A DNA stretch of 64,000 nt from Octopus bimaculoides (taxonomy: Eukaryota). The notes below the pieces were generated by a model. That model was not told where the DNA came from and did not search any database. It saw only the letters and a list, made by a program, of their open reading frames with translations. Location of the stretch: the NCBI RefSeq assembly GCF_001194135.2, contig NC_068989.1, forward strand, positions 71,721,671-71,785,670, in the 5' to 3' direction. Positions 12,418-23,200 of the stretch are shown piece after piece (position 1 is the first letter of the stretch; each line of letters opens with the position of its first letter). Both the position numbers and the translations under genes were made by a program.

Positions 12418-13756
12418 CGCGCGTGCGTATACGTGTGTATATATATCTGTAGTAATCCATGTCTCTTTCTTTCTCTCTTCTATGCGCGCGTGTGTGTGGT
12501 TATGTTTGTATTTATCTATTTACACACACATACACTCACTCTCTCTGTCTGTCTATCTATCTATCTATCTATCTATCTATACATAAACATACACTCTTTC
12601 CCTCCTTTCTCTCTTTATCTCTTGCCTGTCACACCCTGTACATTCCTCTCGATTTCCAATTTGCCTCACAGTCGCACCTACTCACAGATATTCAGATCCA
12701 GGCTTTCTTTACACACACACTAACACCTCTAACCCGTACACCCGCTAACCTACGCCCCAATACTTCCTCACTTCCACTCTTCCACACACATACATCATCT
12801 CAGAAAAACATACACACTACTTTCCTATATTCCAGACACAGATACACTCCCATACTTGCACATACACATTCACCTCCTTCTTAACGCATTCCATAGATCC
12901 ACAATCCCACTTGTTTCTTAACCCCTCTTTCGTTTCTTCTTTTTTCTCGCCGACAATTCCCTCTTCTTTTTTTTTCTGATGATTGACTAATATCCGAAAC
13001 GTCCCTTTCTCTATTAAAGCGTTACGATAATACTGTAATTGCTTAAACATTGTCCCACCGGTGTTGGTCTTTTTTTTATTATTATTCATTACATTTAAAT
13101 TTGTGCGTGTGCATTTGTATATGTGTGTGTGCGTGTGCATATGCATATGTGTGTGTGTGTGCGTCTGTGTCTCTGTGTGTACATATATGTATGTGCATAT
13201 GCACATGTATATAGTATGCATATATATGTGTGCAGCAAGATACAAGATCATTCTACAGGGTGTCCACAAAATCTGGGTACATGGAGATTAATACATACTT
13301 TAAGAAATTATCATTTCTTATATTTAATTGTTTATGTTATGATTTTATTTACTCCATGTACCCACGTGGGGATTAATACATACTTTAAGAAATTATTATT
13401 TCTTATATTTAATTGTTTATGTTATGATTTTATTTACTCCATCTACCCAGACTTTGTGGACACCCTGTAGAATTAGTTTTCAAAATCTAATTCCTATGGT
13501 GATGATGATGATGATGATGATGATGTTGATGATAAACTCTTCTGCATTTCTAAACCCTGAATTTTAATTTCATCGTTTTCCAGGTATTATCACCCAATAC
13601 AACAACAACGACTACACCGTCAGCTTTTATCTTCTGGGCTCCTTAATTGTGGTCTTTACTTTGCCAACATTTATACGTTTTCTTGTTAAACGAGAAAAGT
13701 CTAAGAGAAAAGAAACCCATCAAAAGAACTTAGAAATAAATTTAAAAGACTCTTAA
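4290..13756 (+). CDS. SLC16 / monocarboxylate-transporter-like MFS protein, 5 coding exons (4290-4387, 6631-6827, 8342-8485, 10871-11950, 13584-13756), about 563 aa
   Basis: All introns are GT-AG and the phases join (2,1,1,1). Total 1692 nt = 563 aa + TAA. The translation has the SLC16 layout: FVINFMVFGFSASLSVYF, GMLAGMFLHKFGVRATAVLGSVLLSLG, GGIVCPPLISYLIDFYGWRGSLLIFSAIALN, a large hydrophilic central loop, then six more hydrophobic segments. The start is uncertain: the frame is open upstream to an acceptor-like TTTTTAG at 4155, so a further upstream exon is possible. Confidence 0.92.
4831..4997 (+). pseudogene. Duplicated intron-end plus 5' part of SLC16 exon 2 (pseudo-exon, acceptor AG 4884-4885, in-frame TGA 4995-4997)
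   Basis: 4831-4942 matches 6576-6687 over 112 bp with about 7 substitutions. Confidence 0.9.
5014..5186. repeat. Near-perfect inverted repeat, 65-bp arms and 43-nt spacer (MITE-like foldback)
   Basis: 5014-5078 is the reverse complement of 5122-5186 with 2 differences. Confidence 0.95.
5454..5518 (+). ncRNA. Type I hammerhead ribozyme fold (probably from a Penelope-type LTR or retrozyme) in SLC16 intron 1
   Basis: GTATTA-CTGAGGA-GCAT-taaatttc-ATGC-GAAAC-TGGCATGCCA-ATC-TAATGC. Stem I is GTATTA/TAATGC, extended by AGAG/CTCT across a TAA bulge. Core CUGAGGA and GAAA, stem II GCAT/ATGC, palindromic stem III, predicted cleavage after C5507. Confidence 0.75.
6631..6827 (+). CDS. SLC16-like exon 2 (TM1-TM2)
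   Basis: Acceptor ttttgttgttttag, open frame KPPLSIGQKVELVFVIFSGFVINFMVFGFSASLSVYFVKYKRAFPMHYELVLLTIFLETGIFSIV, donor GTAAGT at 6828. Confidence 0.9.
7027..7412 (+). mobile_element. tRNA-derived SINE family A, representative copy. Other copies at about 19420-19797(-), 30152-30548(+), 30605-30970(-), 33141-33540(+), 33988-34400(-), 36206-36602(-), 43307-43875(-), 49707-50120(+), 59113-59470(+), 61200-61604(-), plus fragments
   Basis: A-box-like TGGCTGTG(T)GGT, B-box-like GGTTCAGTCCC, shared body, internal (TA)n(TG)n tract and a GTAAAAGA-type tail, repeated more than 10 times in the window. Confidence 0.9.
7906..8288. mobile_element. Old MITE with ~115-bp diverged inverted arms (related copy near 47583-47805)
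   Basis: 7906-8020 is roughly the reverse complement of 8174-8288 (about 70% by eye). Confidence 0.6.
8342..8485 (+). CDS. SLC16-like exon 3 (TM3-TM4)
   Basis: Acceptor ttttcgcag, GMLAGMFLHKFGVRATAVLGSVLLSLGVGASCFAPNIIFLMCFFGIVSG, donor GTAAGT at 8486. Confidence 0.93.
8785..8993 (-). mobile_element. tRNA-derived SINE family B, representative copy. Others at 45544-45776(+), 47293-47518(-), 33640-33850(+) and more than 15 diverged copies
   Basis: Head GGCGGCGAGCTGGCAG..GAGTTCAAATTCCGCC followed by the body GGTCGACTTTGCCTTTCATCCTTTCGGGGTCGATAAA..AAGTACCAG, recurrent throughout the window. Confidence 0.9.
9004..10060 (-). pseudogene. Decayed Mutator-like (MULE) DDE transposase in SLC16 intron 3
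   Basis: LYIDGNVAMAPTIFKQIYVIRVPFGDSAVTSVYALLPNKTRATFEELF, then through frameshifts and stops VLTDFE, KGCLYHLTQSI, YFDFTYVSG, WNMHDATMNSNARSNNICEG*NNKF. The D, D and E residues and the CxxH motif of MULEs are recognisable. Confidence 0.88.
10521..10870 (+). repeat. Degenerate tandem repeat (about 6 units, 45-70 bp) ending in the exon 4 acceptor
   Basis: Recurrent aaaaaagaatattgtaccctttgtgctt...ctaatatat...tatctct units. Confidence 0.7.
10871..11950 (+). CDS. SLC16-like exon 4 (TM4-TM11 with large cytoplasmic loop)
   Basis: Acceptor ctgttttcag, 1080-nt open frame matching ORF 10900-12033, donor GTAAAG at 11951. Confidence 0.95.
13256..13467. mobile_element. Tc1/mariner MITE with internal 79-bp tandem duplication
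   Basis: TIRs CAGGGTGTCCACAAAATCTGGGTA / TACCCAGACTTTGTGGACACCCTG, TA on both sides; 13286-13364 is repeated at 13371-13449. Confidence 0.85.
13584..13756 (+). CDS. SLC16-like exon 5 (TM12 and C-terminal tail)
   Basis: Acceptor gttttccag, GIITQYNNNDYTVSFYLLGSLIVVFTLPTFIRFLVKREKSKRKETHQKNLEINLKDS*, TAA 13754-13756. Confidence 0.9.
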
Positions 13757-14007
13757 ATTCAAAAGACGTTTGACTAACTTTCACTTTTCAAGAAGAGAAA
13801 AATAATCTGCTGATGCAGTCTTCTTATCTCACAGTTCGTCCTTGGAAATCTTGTCAGAATACGAAAGTTGTGCAAAAAGTTTGTCTTGAAGAGCAGCACA
13901 GGAAAAAACGTAAAAACAAAAATGATAATTTATTAAAAAAAGTAAGGCTTATTTTTTAATTTATTCGCTTTGTAAGCTCTTATAAAAGAAACTGTGAATG
14001 CGAAACG

Positions 14008-14086
<79 letters not shown>

Positions 14087-14582
14087 GAGTACGAAACGGC
14101 TACAGACAACGAACACACGATAATACGGCTTCTCAAAGAAACAAACTATGGAAGGATAAAAGGGAATGAATTAGCTCGAGAATGTCTACATATATGTGAT
14201 TGATATATTTTAATGCCTGAAAGAATTATTTGAATGTATGTGATGTATCGTGAAGATGTGCTTGAAGGTAAACATTTTTGTACAGTTAATATGGTTTCTT
14301 TGTGAATCAATTTATAAAATTATTTATTTATATATTTTAATAAAACAGGAGAATACGGGGAAACTAATGCTGTTCAGCTTTGGCAAAGAAGTTATAGAAA
14401 TATATTAAACAATCGATTAAATTATATATCACGAGGAAGAAGAAAAAAAAGCTTACGTTTTTCGAAGACAGAAAATAATAAAGCAAATCACTGATGTACG
14501 AATTACGAGTTTTATTTCATTGCTATTATGTATAAGAGAGCATAGTTGATAGTATATATGTGTTAGATGCTATTATATACAA

Positions 14583-15263
14583 CAGTCATGGGCAGACCGT
14601 AGCCCACAGGGCTTTCTGAATGGCACGCCAACGAAAGCTTACTCTGAATCTTTTTAGTAGGGCGGTCCGCCGGATGCGAATTTTTTTCCTACGAGAGTTC
14701 CGGACTCCAGTTATGAACTCATTTGCATACAGCTAATCAGAGCTCGACTATCAAACTAATTTATGAGCGCATAACAAGTGATGAGCGATAAGATAAGGTC
14801 ACTTGGTTAAGGAATGACCATGCTTCATTTCACTTTTAAGAATGCTTGTTGTTCTTGTTCTTGTTTCAACCATGGCTGCCCCTGCGTGGTTATTTGTGTT
14901 GTTTACTTTGTAAAACAGTAAGAGGAGAGGGTTGCTAGCACATCACCCTCTACCTACATTTCCACATCCATATCTCACCTAACAAAATCCGATAATAGGT
15001 ATAGATGCAAATCTATCTAATTACTTGTCTCCTAAAATCAGGCATATCTTGGCGATCGGTCGACTGACAACACCGTCCTTTGTCTTGAGCTTACTTGGTA
15101 GAGTGTGTTTGTTAACTTGACAAGGTTAAGGTGAGCTCTGAGTGGCTGGATGCAAATGAGTTCATTACTGGGGTCTGGAACTCTCGTAGGAAAAATTTTC
15201 GCCCACCGGATTGTGGCCCATGTCTCATACGGCCCGCTTCTAGGTAAAGGTTACCCATGCCTT
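14583..15263. mobile_element. Non-autonomous hAT (Charlie-like) element with 52-bp subterminal inverted repeats
   Basis: Ends CAGTCATGGGCA / TACCCATGCCTT; TSD-like atatacaa/gtatacag; 14677-14728 is the reverse complement of 15150-15201. Confidence 0.7.
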
Positions 15264-15461
15264 GTATACAGTATTAAGACAGGAGCTGGTAGAATCGTTA
15301 CAGTGGGGTGTCGGAAAAATGCTTTGTGGTATTTGTTCCGACTCTTCAATTTCTGAGTTCAAATCAGTTTTACTTTTCATCCTTTCGGGGGTCGATGACA
15401 TAAAGTACCAATCTAATATCGGAGTCGATGGTATCAATTAACCCTCTCCCCTAAAATTTAT

Positions 15462-15697
15462 GGAGGCGCGTGGTTTAGTGGTTTGGGTGTTGGATTCAAG
15501 ATTGTTGTTTCGATTCTTGGACCAGGTGACGCGGTGTGTTCTTGAGCAAAACACTTCATTTCACGTTGCTCCAGTTCACTCAGTTGGCAAAAATGAGTAA
15601 TCCTGCGACGGACTGGCGTCCCGTCCAGGTGAAGAATATATACGCCATGGAAACTAGCCCCTATGAATCAGCATGATTCGAGAAGATAACCTTTACC
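15462..15697 (+). mobile_element. tRNA-derived SINE family E inserted into a family B copy. Partial copies on - near 17410-17512, 49540-49690 and 53700-53835
   Basis: tRNA-like head GGAGGCGCGTGGTTTAGTGG..GTTTCGATTC; 11-bp TSD CCCTAAAATTT at 15449-15459 and 15708-15718. Confidence 0.8.
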
Positions 15698-15912
15698 GTC
15701 ACGTTACCCCTAAAATTTGCTGGCCTTGAGCCTAAAATCAGAGACTGTTATTACGTATAATGTTCACTCAAATCTATAGGTACACTGTTGTTCAGAAGCA
15801 GAAATAAGGATGTTATCACTCGAACACACATCTGTGAATTATGAAAGTGAAGTGAGGGACGAGAGACAGATGTGGGGAGAGAGAGAAGAGGGAAAAGACA
15901 TTGACAGATTGT

Positions 15913-16171
15913 GTGAGTAGGGTAGGAGATGAGATGATGTAAACTGTGAGGGTGGGGTTGAAGTGAAGAGTATGGGGGGTGATGTGAATAGCGTGAGAAG
16001 TGATGTGAGTAGTGCGAAAGACTGTATGAGCAGCGTCGGAGGTGATGGGAAACAGTGTGAGTAGCATGGGAGATGGTGGGGAAACTGCGAGCCGCGTGGG
16101 AGATGATGTGAGTAGTGTAGGAGATAAAGTGAGTGATGTGCGATGTGGTGTGAGAAGTGTGGAAGACGATA
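15913..16171 (+). repeat. Degenerate 21-bp tandem repeat reading as heptads (V-S-S-V-x-D-D)
   Basis: Units such as gtgagtagtgtaggagatgat. Confidence 0.65.
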
Positions 16172-16388
16172 TGAAAATTAATTGTTTGAAATTAAATGAA
16201 ATGTCAAGAAATGGTGGCCAGAATGCTAGTATTATGCAGGTCACTTGAAATGGCAAGGACAAAGTGGTCGGTGTAGGAAACAAGGGGGAGAGCTGAGTAA
16301 GGAGGTGAAGACAGAATGAAATCATTAACTACAGGTCCGTATTCGCAAGCAAAAAGAAATATTGAGTCATATACATTAACATACATAT

Positions 16389-16766
16389 TTGTTGTTGGAA
16401 CTCCGCCGCTTACGACGTCGAGGGTTCCAGTTGATCCGATCAACGGAACAGCCTGTTCGTGAAATTAACGTGTATGTGGCTGAGCACTCCACAGACACGT
16501 GTACCCTTAACGTAGTTCTCGGGGATATTCAGCGTGACACAGTGTGACAAGGCTGGTCCCTTTAAAATACAGGTACAACAGAAACAGGAAGAAAGAGTGA
16601 GAGAAAGTTGTGGTGAAAGAGTACAGCAGGGTTCGCCACAACCCCCCTCGTGGAGCTTTACGTGTTTTCGCTCAATAAACACTCACAACGCCCGGTCTGA
16701 GAATCGAAACCGCGATCCTATGACCGCGAGTCCGCTGCCCTAACCACTGGGCCATTGCACCTCCAC
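16389..16766 (-). mobile_element. Full-length tRNA-derived SINE family D
   Basis: tRNA-like head on the minus strand; 11-bp TSD AACATACATAT at 16378-16388 and 16767-16777; homologous to 31533-31919. Confidence 0.9.
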
Positions 16767-17015
16767 AACATACATATATTACCCATGATAACGACGTCAT
16801 ACCAAAAATATCAAACCTTCATCAAAATAATACAAAACGTATACAACCTCTTGAAAAAACAAATATCCCAGTGCAATACATTTCCGATGGAATATTAACA
16901 AAAAGTTCTACAAAGACTTACTCGTAGAAATACACAGAATTAGCCGGAAGAGGGAATACCTGCCCTTCCACGGGAATAAGGTGAATAGTCCTCATTTTCC
17001 GACGTATTATCGAAC

Positions 17016-17260
17016 ATGGCCTTACTCAAAATAGGTAGTGTACGTAGCCTGCGGTTTCCTTGGAAACAGAGCCACCTGATAGACGATATCATATCTATAG
17101 ATATTGATGTGGTGTCCATCACAGAGGCACGAGTTTTCATATCCACTTTTGGTGGCTACGAAGTGCATGCACACCAAGTTGGCCGGGATCGGGAAGCAGA
17201 GTGCTGTGTTGGGCATTAATGGTTGTCTCTGAAGTCCTAGAAAGACTGTTCTGCAATACC
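17016..17260 (+). mobile_element. L1/Tx1-type ORF2 APE endonuclease N-terminal fragment
   Basis: MALLKIGSVRSLRFPWKQSHLIDDIISIDIDVVSITEAR resembles the APE start (L.I.S.NVR.L ... DV..I.ET). Confidence 0.65.
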
Positions 17261-20200
17261 TTGCCAAACAAATTCTCAGATTATTTGTTTATAGTTATCA
17301 AATATTTGTGCTGCACATTAAGGATTTCCCTCCATTAAATCGACATTGCCTGAACAAGTGCATGGTGTACCACATATCAGATATCAAAGTGATCGCAGAG
17401 CAACGCAAGAAGAAGTGGCTTGCTCAAGAACACAACACACCACCCGGTGCGAGATTCGAAGCCACGATCTCGTGATCGTGAATACAACACCCTAACCACC
17501 AGGCCACGCATCCTCATATGTGTGTGTGCATATCTTTACTTTCGTCCCTTACCACCGCTTGACAACCAGTGCTGTTTTCTTCGTCGCAGTAACCTAGCGG
17601 TTCGGTACAAGGGGTTGCTAGAACAAGTTCCCGGCTTTTAAAAAAGCTTAAGTATTGAGGTCGATTTGTTCGACTAAATATTGCAAGGCAGTGCTCCATC
17701 ATGGCCGCTGTCCAATGACTGAGCCAAGTTAAAGGTAGTTCAGGATTTTTTTCTTTTTTTTTTGAGTTGGCATTTGACAATGACATACATAGCTTGATGC
17801 CCCAGTATTCAATTCGCCTTTTTCTTGTGACTGATGGAATCAAAATGACTATGGAAAATCAACAAAGAAAGAAAAGAAATAATAAACAAACTCGAAAAAG
17901 ACCAAAAAAAAAAAAAAAACCCAAATAAATTCGAATGACTATCCTATGTAGCAGAAAAATAGAATTAAGACTTTGCTGTGAAATAGGATTCGAGGGTTAC
18001 TTCCCTTAGTAATACCGATTCTTTAATCATTTCATAGAATTGACAATGTCAATAAAGATGAATTCTACTGAGTTATCACAATCTATTGCTTTGTTTATTT
18101 TTTCCTTTCTCCTTTCATCATTAAATTTTCCCTATTCTTTCTTTTTTTTTTTTTTTGGCTTTTCTTTTCACAAAATTATTTTCGAGGAGGAAGATGTAAC
18201 ATATCCATTTTTGGTATAGTACGGTATACTTTATCAAAGGGACTTAACTCTCAATGGCTTGGTGCACTTAACGATAACACATCATGTGGAAGATAATGTA
18301 TTAAGGCTTCAGCTCATAGAAAATGTATAACGAGTAGATATTTCGTAACCTTCCTGTGCAGATTTCGAACCCTCTCGTATACAAAATACGGTATTATATT
18401 AAAATTTTCTTTCGCAAGAGCCAGATATCTCACAAACTCCTAAGGCTTGCGAAATCTAGAAAACCTAACCACACTCACTAAAACGTAAGGCGTTTTTTAA
18501 AAGCAGTCGCTGGAAGACATTTTTATCACAATTCAAATATATATAAACGACACACATTTCCATCTTCAGTACCCGGGGATCTTTCTAACAAATTAATATC
18601 TTATTGTTCAATCATAATCCTTATTTGAAATGCCAAATGTGGTAAATATTGATATTTACAAACGAAAGCATGAAACAATCACACTTAAACCAAAACCAAG
18701 GTGTAAGGGGTATACAACTTTCGGTGTTCTCCTTCATTAAAATTTAGCACGTTCATCAACATCATCAGTCATCACCGTCGTCGTTTAACGTTCATTTCTC
18801 TATGCATGAGTCACATGGAATTTGCTGAGGCAGAGTTTTTCTACAGCTGGATGCCCTTCCTGTCACCAACCCTTCCATGCCAGGTAACATATCGCCATGA
18901 AAGGCAAGAAACAGACAGTATCGTTTGCATGACTGCAATGCTCATTTACAATCATCAAATTATGTCACGACAAGGGTACACCATCAAACACATATATACA
19001 TTTATGATAGGCTTTTTTAAATTTCCATCCACCAAATTCACACAATGCATTTGCTCTAGGTGCTGCACATTGGGACTGAACCCAAGACCACATGGTTGGG
19101 AAGCAAGCTTAACCACACAACAATACTGGCACCTTTGTATCCAAGAAAAACTAATTGCAAATCCTTTAATATAAAAAGCATTATCAAATTTTATTTTGAG
19201 AGAATCTCATATACACCTTGAATTGACTGAAGCAGTAATTTTCAAAGTGGAAAATACCTGCATTCCTCCTCAAATATCTGTCTATATCTACATATACAGG
19301 TAGACAAAGTTTTTGGTTTACCCCTCTTAATTAATGAGGAGAAAAACAGGTTTTCCATCTAAATAAGTTCTTCCTTCACTATATTGCTGAAAAAGTTTAC
19401 AATGTTTTATCTTTTACTTAGTTCAGTCATTAGACTGTGGTCATGCTGGGCCACTGCCTTGAAGAACTTTCTATTCAAATTAATCTACCCCAGTACTTAT
19501 TTTTTGTTAAGGCTGGCACTTACTCTATCAGTCTCGTTTGCCTAACTGCTATGTTATGGGAACGTAAATACATCAACACTGGTTGCCAAGTGATAGCAGA
19601 GGACAAACATAGACACAAAGACACACACACACACGATTGGCTTCTTTTAGTTTTTGTCTACCAAATCCACTCACAAAGCCTTGGTTGGCTCAAGGCTATA
19701 GTAGAAGACACTTGCATAAGGTGCCACGCAGTGGGAGTGAACCCGGAACCATGTGGCTGAGAAGAAAGCTTCTTACTACACAACCATGCCATTAAACATG
19801 GCAATTTGGCCACCCTGCTTCCTTTTTTTTCAAGAGTGAGGAGAATACAATGTAAATCCACCTGAAATCCTTGTTGTGACAGCCAAATTTCTCTACACTG
19901 GACATCCTACCTTGTGACTCTCAAATATTTTCAAATTCAATAACATTTATAATATATTGGGATTGAAATGAAACAATTATTTTTACTATCCCCACTCTTT
20001 CTTTCTTTCTTTTTTTTTGAAATGATTGAAATTAGTTTTGCACCAGCACAAACAAAAGAAAAAGAATTAACAATCATAATACTGAATAACTTTGAATTTT
20101 CACTTTAATTCTTTTAATAGAAAAAACTTCCGTGGTATTTGTTAATGGTTTCGTTTTGTGGAGAGGGGAGACATTTTCTTTTAAATCGTGTTTTACTTGT

Positions 20201-23200
20201 GTCTTTTGCTCTTTTTATTTTTTTTTTTTTGTATGTTCAAGTTAGAGTTTATATGTTACTGGATGAACTGACCAAAGTGGAGGGGAGAGGAGGTCAGTGA
20301 TTTTTTTTTTTTAAATCCTGTCTTAGTATTGTATCCACTTAGCTTTGATGACCAAGTCCATCTAACACTCAATGAGTTCTACAGGTGGTATTGTTTAATG
20401 CTATAAGCAGTAGCAGCATCAGCAGCATTGTATAATAAATGTGTTATGGAATGAACTAAACCCAGCTTACAATGGTGAATTCAGTTCTCTCCATGAGAAA
20501 AATTTACCTGCAATAGACTAAGGTCGATACTCACTTGACTTTACACAGAATGCAATGGAACTGAACAGTGACTTTATTTTATAAATGCTAGAAATTTAAA
20601 TAGGGTGTGGGTTTATTTATAAATCCACATGAGTGAACAGTATCAACAAGAAGAGTATGAAATGTATTTATTAACTGAAAGCCAAAACTGTTTTGCCTCA
20701 CTTTAATATCCTTATTTAGTTTATACTTATGTTTTTGAATACGGTTAAATAGTGAATGTTTTTGAATACAGTTAAAAGCAGCTGTTTACTAGCAGAATTC
20801 TATAATAATTTCATTAATAAGGGATTTCTGATATAATCAAACATTTTAGACCAATTTACTGAAATGCTTACAAACAAATACTTTTGTTGCCATACATTGA
20901 TTGGAATATCCTGTCTTTGTTTCAATTAATTTTGAAAAATGATAAAGAATTTAGTAAAATTATTTTGCTATTATTTATCTGATGTCTGGAACATAGACTT
21001 AGAAGAAGTTTTGATTGAATTTTTCAGTTTTGGTCTCTTTAAACCAGGAACTTCCTATCAGAGAACCTGGTGTGATTTCAAGTGGATTGGTACCAAAAGG
21101 GTGAATGGTTTCCATTGAATTTTTAAATGCAAGACTAGAAAACAATGAGGGGAAATTATCAAATATTAAAATGTTAATTAATGATTTTTAAATGTTCCGA
21201 TAGAAAGTTGGAAAACAAAAACAAAATCATTTTCTTAAAATGGACATATGATAAATTTAATGCTACTACTACTAATAATAATGGTTTTAAATTTTGGCAC
21301 AAGGCCAGAAATTTTAAGGGAGGGGTAAGTTGATTATACCAACCCCAGTGTTCAACTGGTACTTATTTTATCAACTCTAAAAGGATGAAAGGCAAAGTCA
21401 ACCCTTGGAGTAATTTGAATTCAGAATGTAAAGCCAGAAAAAATGCCATTAAGCATTTTGTTTGGCATTCTAATGATTTTGCAAGCTGGCTCCCCCATTT
21501 TTAAATAATTCTTTCTAATCTTTGGGCCCAGAACATTAAGATGAACAAAATGCCACTAAACATTTTGTCCAGTACACTAACAATTCTGTCAGCTCACCAC
21601 CTTCTGCCATCTTTAGGATAATAATAATAATAATGAGCTGATTGTATACAGTGCTCAGGTGCACTACAACTTAAGGAGGTAGATTTTATCATGCATACTT
21701 CCTGACAACTGTGTATCGTTAATGGAAATATGGATATGGTTGCTCAATGGAAAATATTTTATTTTATATATTAGATAAATAAATAATAGAAAATGCAAAA
21801 CACAAATATTTATCTAAATATCAGGGAAGATAAATGAAGAGAATGAGTTTTTAGTCAGTAAAATATTCATTTTCTAAGGTTGCTGTTGGAATGAATAACA
21901 TGAATATTGAATCAGAGCCAGAAAAGAACTAAAGATGGGTCTTTATGATCATTAAACTTACTGAGTATTAAAGTAATTGTTTCTGATTTAGGTACAAGGT
22001 CAGCAGTTTTGATGGGAGGGCTCACTTGATCCCATTGATCCCAGTTCTTGGTAGGTATTTTATTTTATCCACCCCTAAAAAGAAAAGTTAATTTTGGTAG
22101 AATTTGAACACAGAATTTAAAGAGTTATAATAAATACAAGAAAGTATTTTTTCATGCTTTAATGATTCTGCCAGCTTGCCACTTAACTAGATATTAAAAG
22201 ACTTTCTGCTATTGGTACTGGGTCAGGAATTTTGGGGGTTGGGGTTAGTTGATTACATCAACCCCCCATATCAACTGATTCTTATTTTATTGACCTTGAA
22301 ATGATGAAAGGCAAAGTCAACCTCGGAGGAATTTGAACTCAGAATATAACAAGTTAGAAGAAATGCCACTTAACATTTTGTCTGACTTGTTTATGATTCT
22401 GCCAGCTCACTGCCTTTCATTAAGTATTAAAATAATGGGTTCAAATTTTGGCACTCAGCCAGCAATTTCGTGTGAGCCAATTACATTGACACCAGTATTC
22501 AACTGGTACTTATTTTGTTGACACCGAAAGGATGACAGGCTAAGTCGACCTCAGTAGAACTTGAACTCAGAATGTAAAGATGAATGAAATACTGCTAGTC
22601 TTTTTGTCCAAATTGCGAACGATTCTGCCACTTCTTTGATGTTCACTGAGTATTTAAAGGCATACAATACTACTGAGTGTTGAAGCAGAGGATTTAGAGT
22701 ACTCCTGAGGACAGAGTACATAGTGTATGACTATAGAGAATATTATAGCACTGAGAATTGTAATTGAAGATTAACAATACTAGTTGGATGAGATACAGGG
22801 TGTAGCAAAGAAACCTCAGATTCACCATTCTTGATAAAACATTTTAACAGTAATCACATGATGTGCACTGATCTAAATGATGATAGTAACTGAAAAGAAA
22901 AGAGTAAAACAATATTATTTGAAAATATTGTTACCTTCCTACATAACGTCATTAGTGCCACACTAATATCCATTTAATATATGGGAGGTTTTTCTGTCGC
23001 ACCTTGTATCAGTTAATTTACCGTGGTTTCTAAAGGTTAGGCACAAGGCCTAAATGTCAAAATAAAGGGGATGTAGTCAAGTGAATCAAGCCTTAGTATA
23101 TTACTGATATTTCTCTTATTGATGCAGGATGGTTTGAAAGGTAAAGTGAACCCTAGCGTGATTTGAACTTGTAATGGAGAGGGTTGGAACTAAACAGTGT

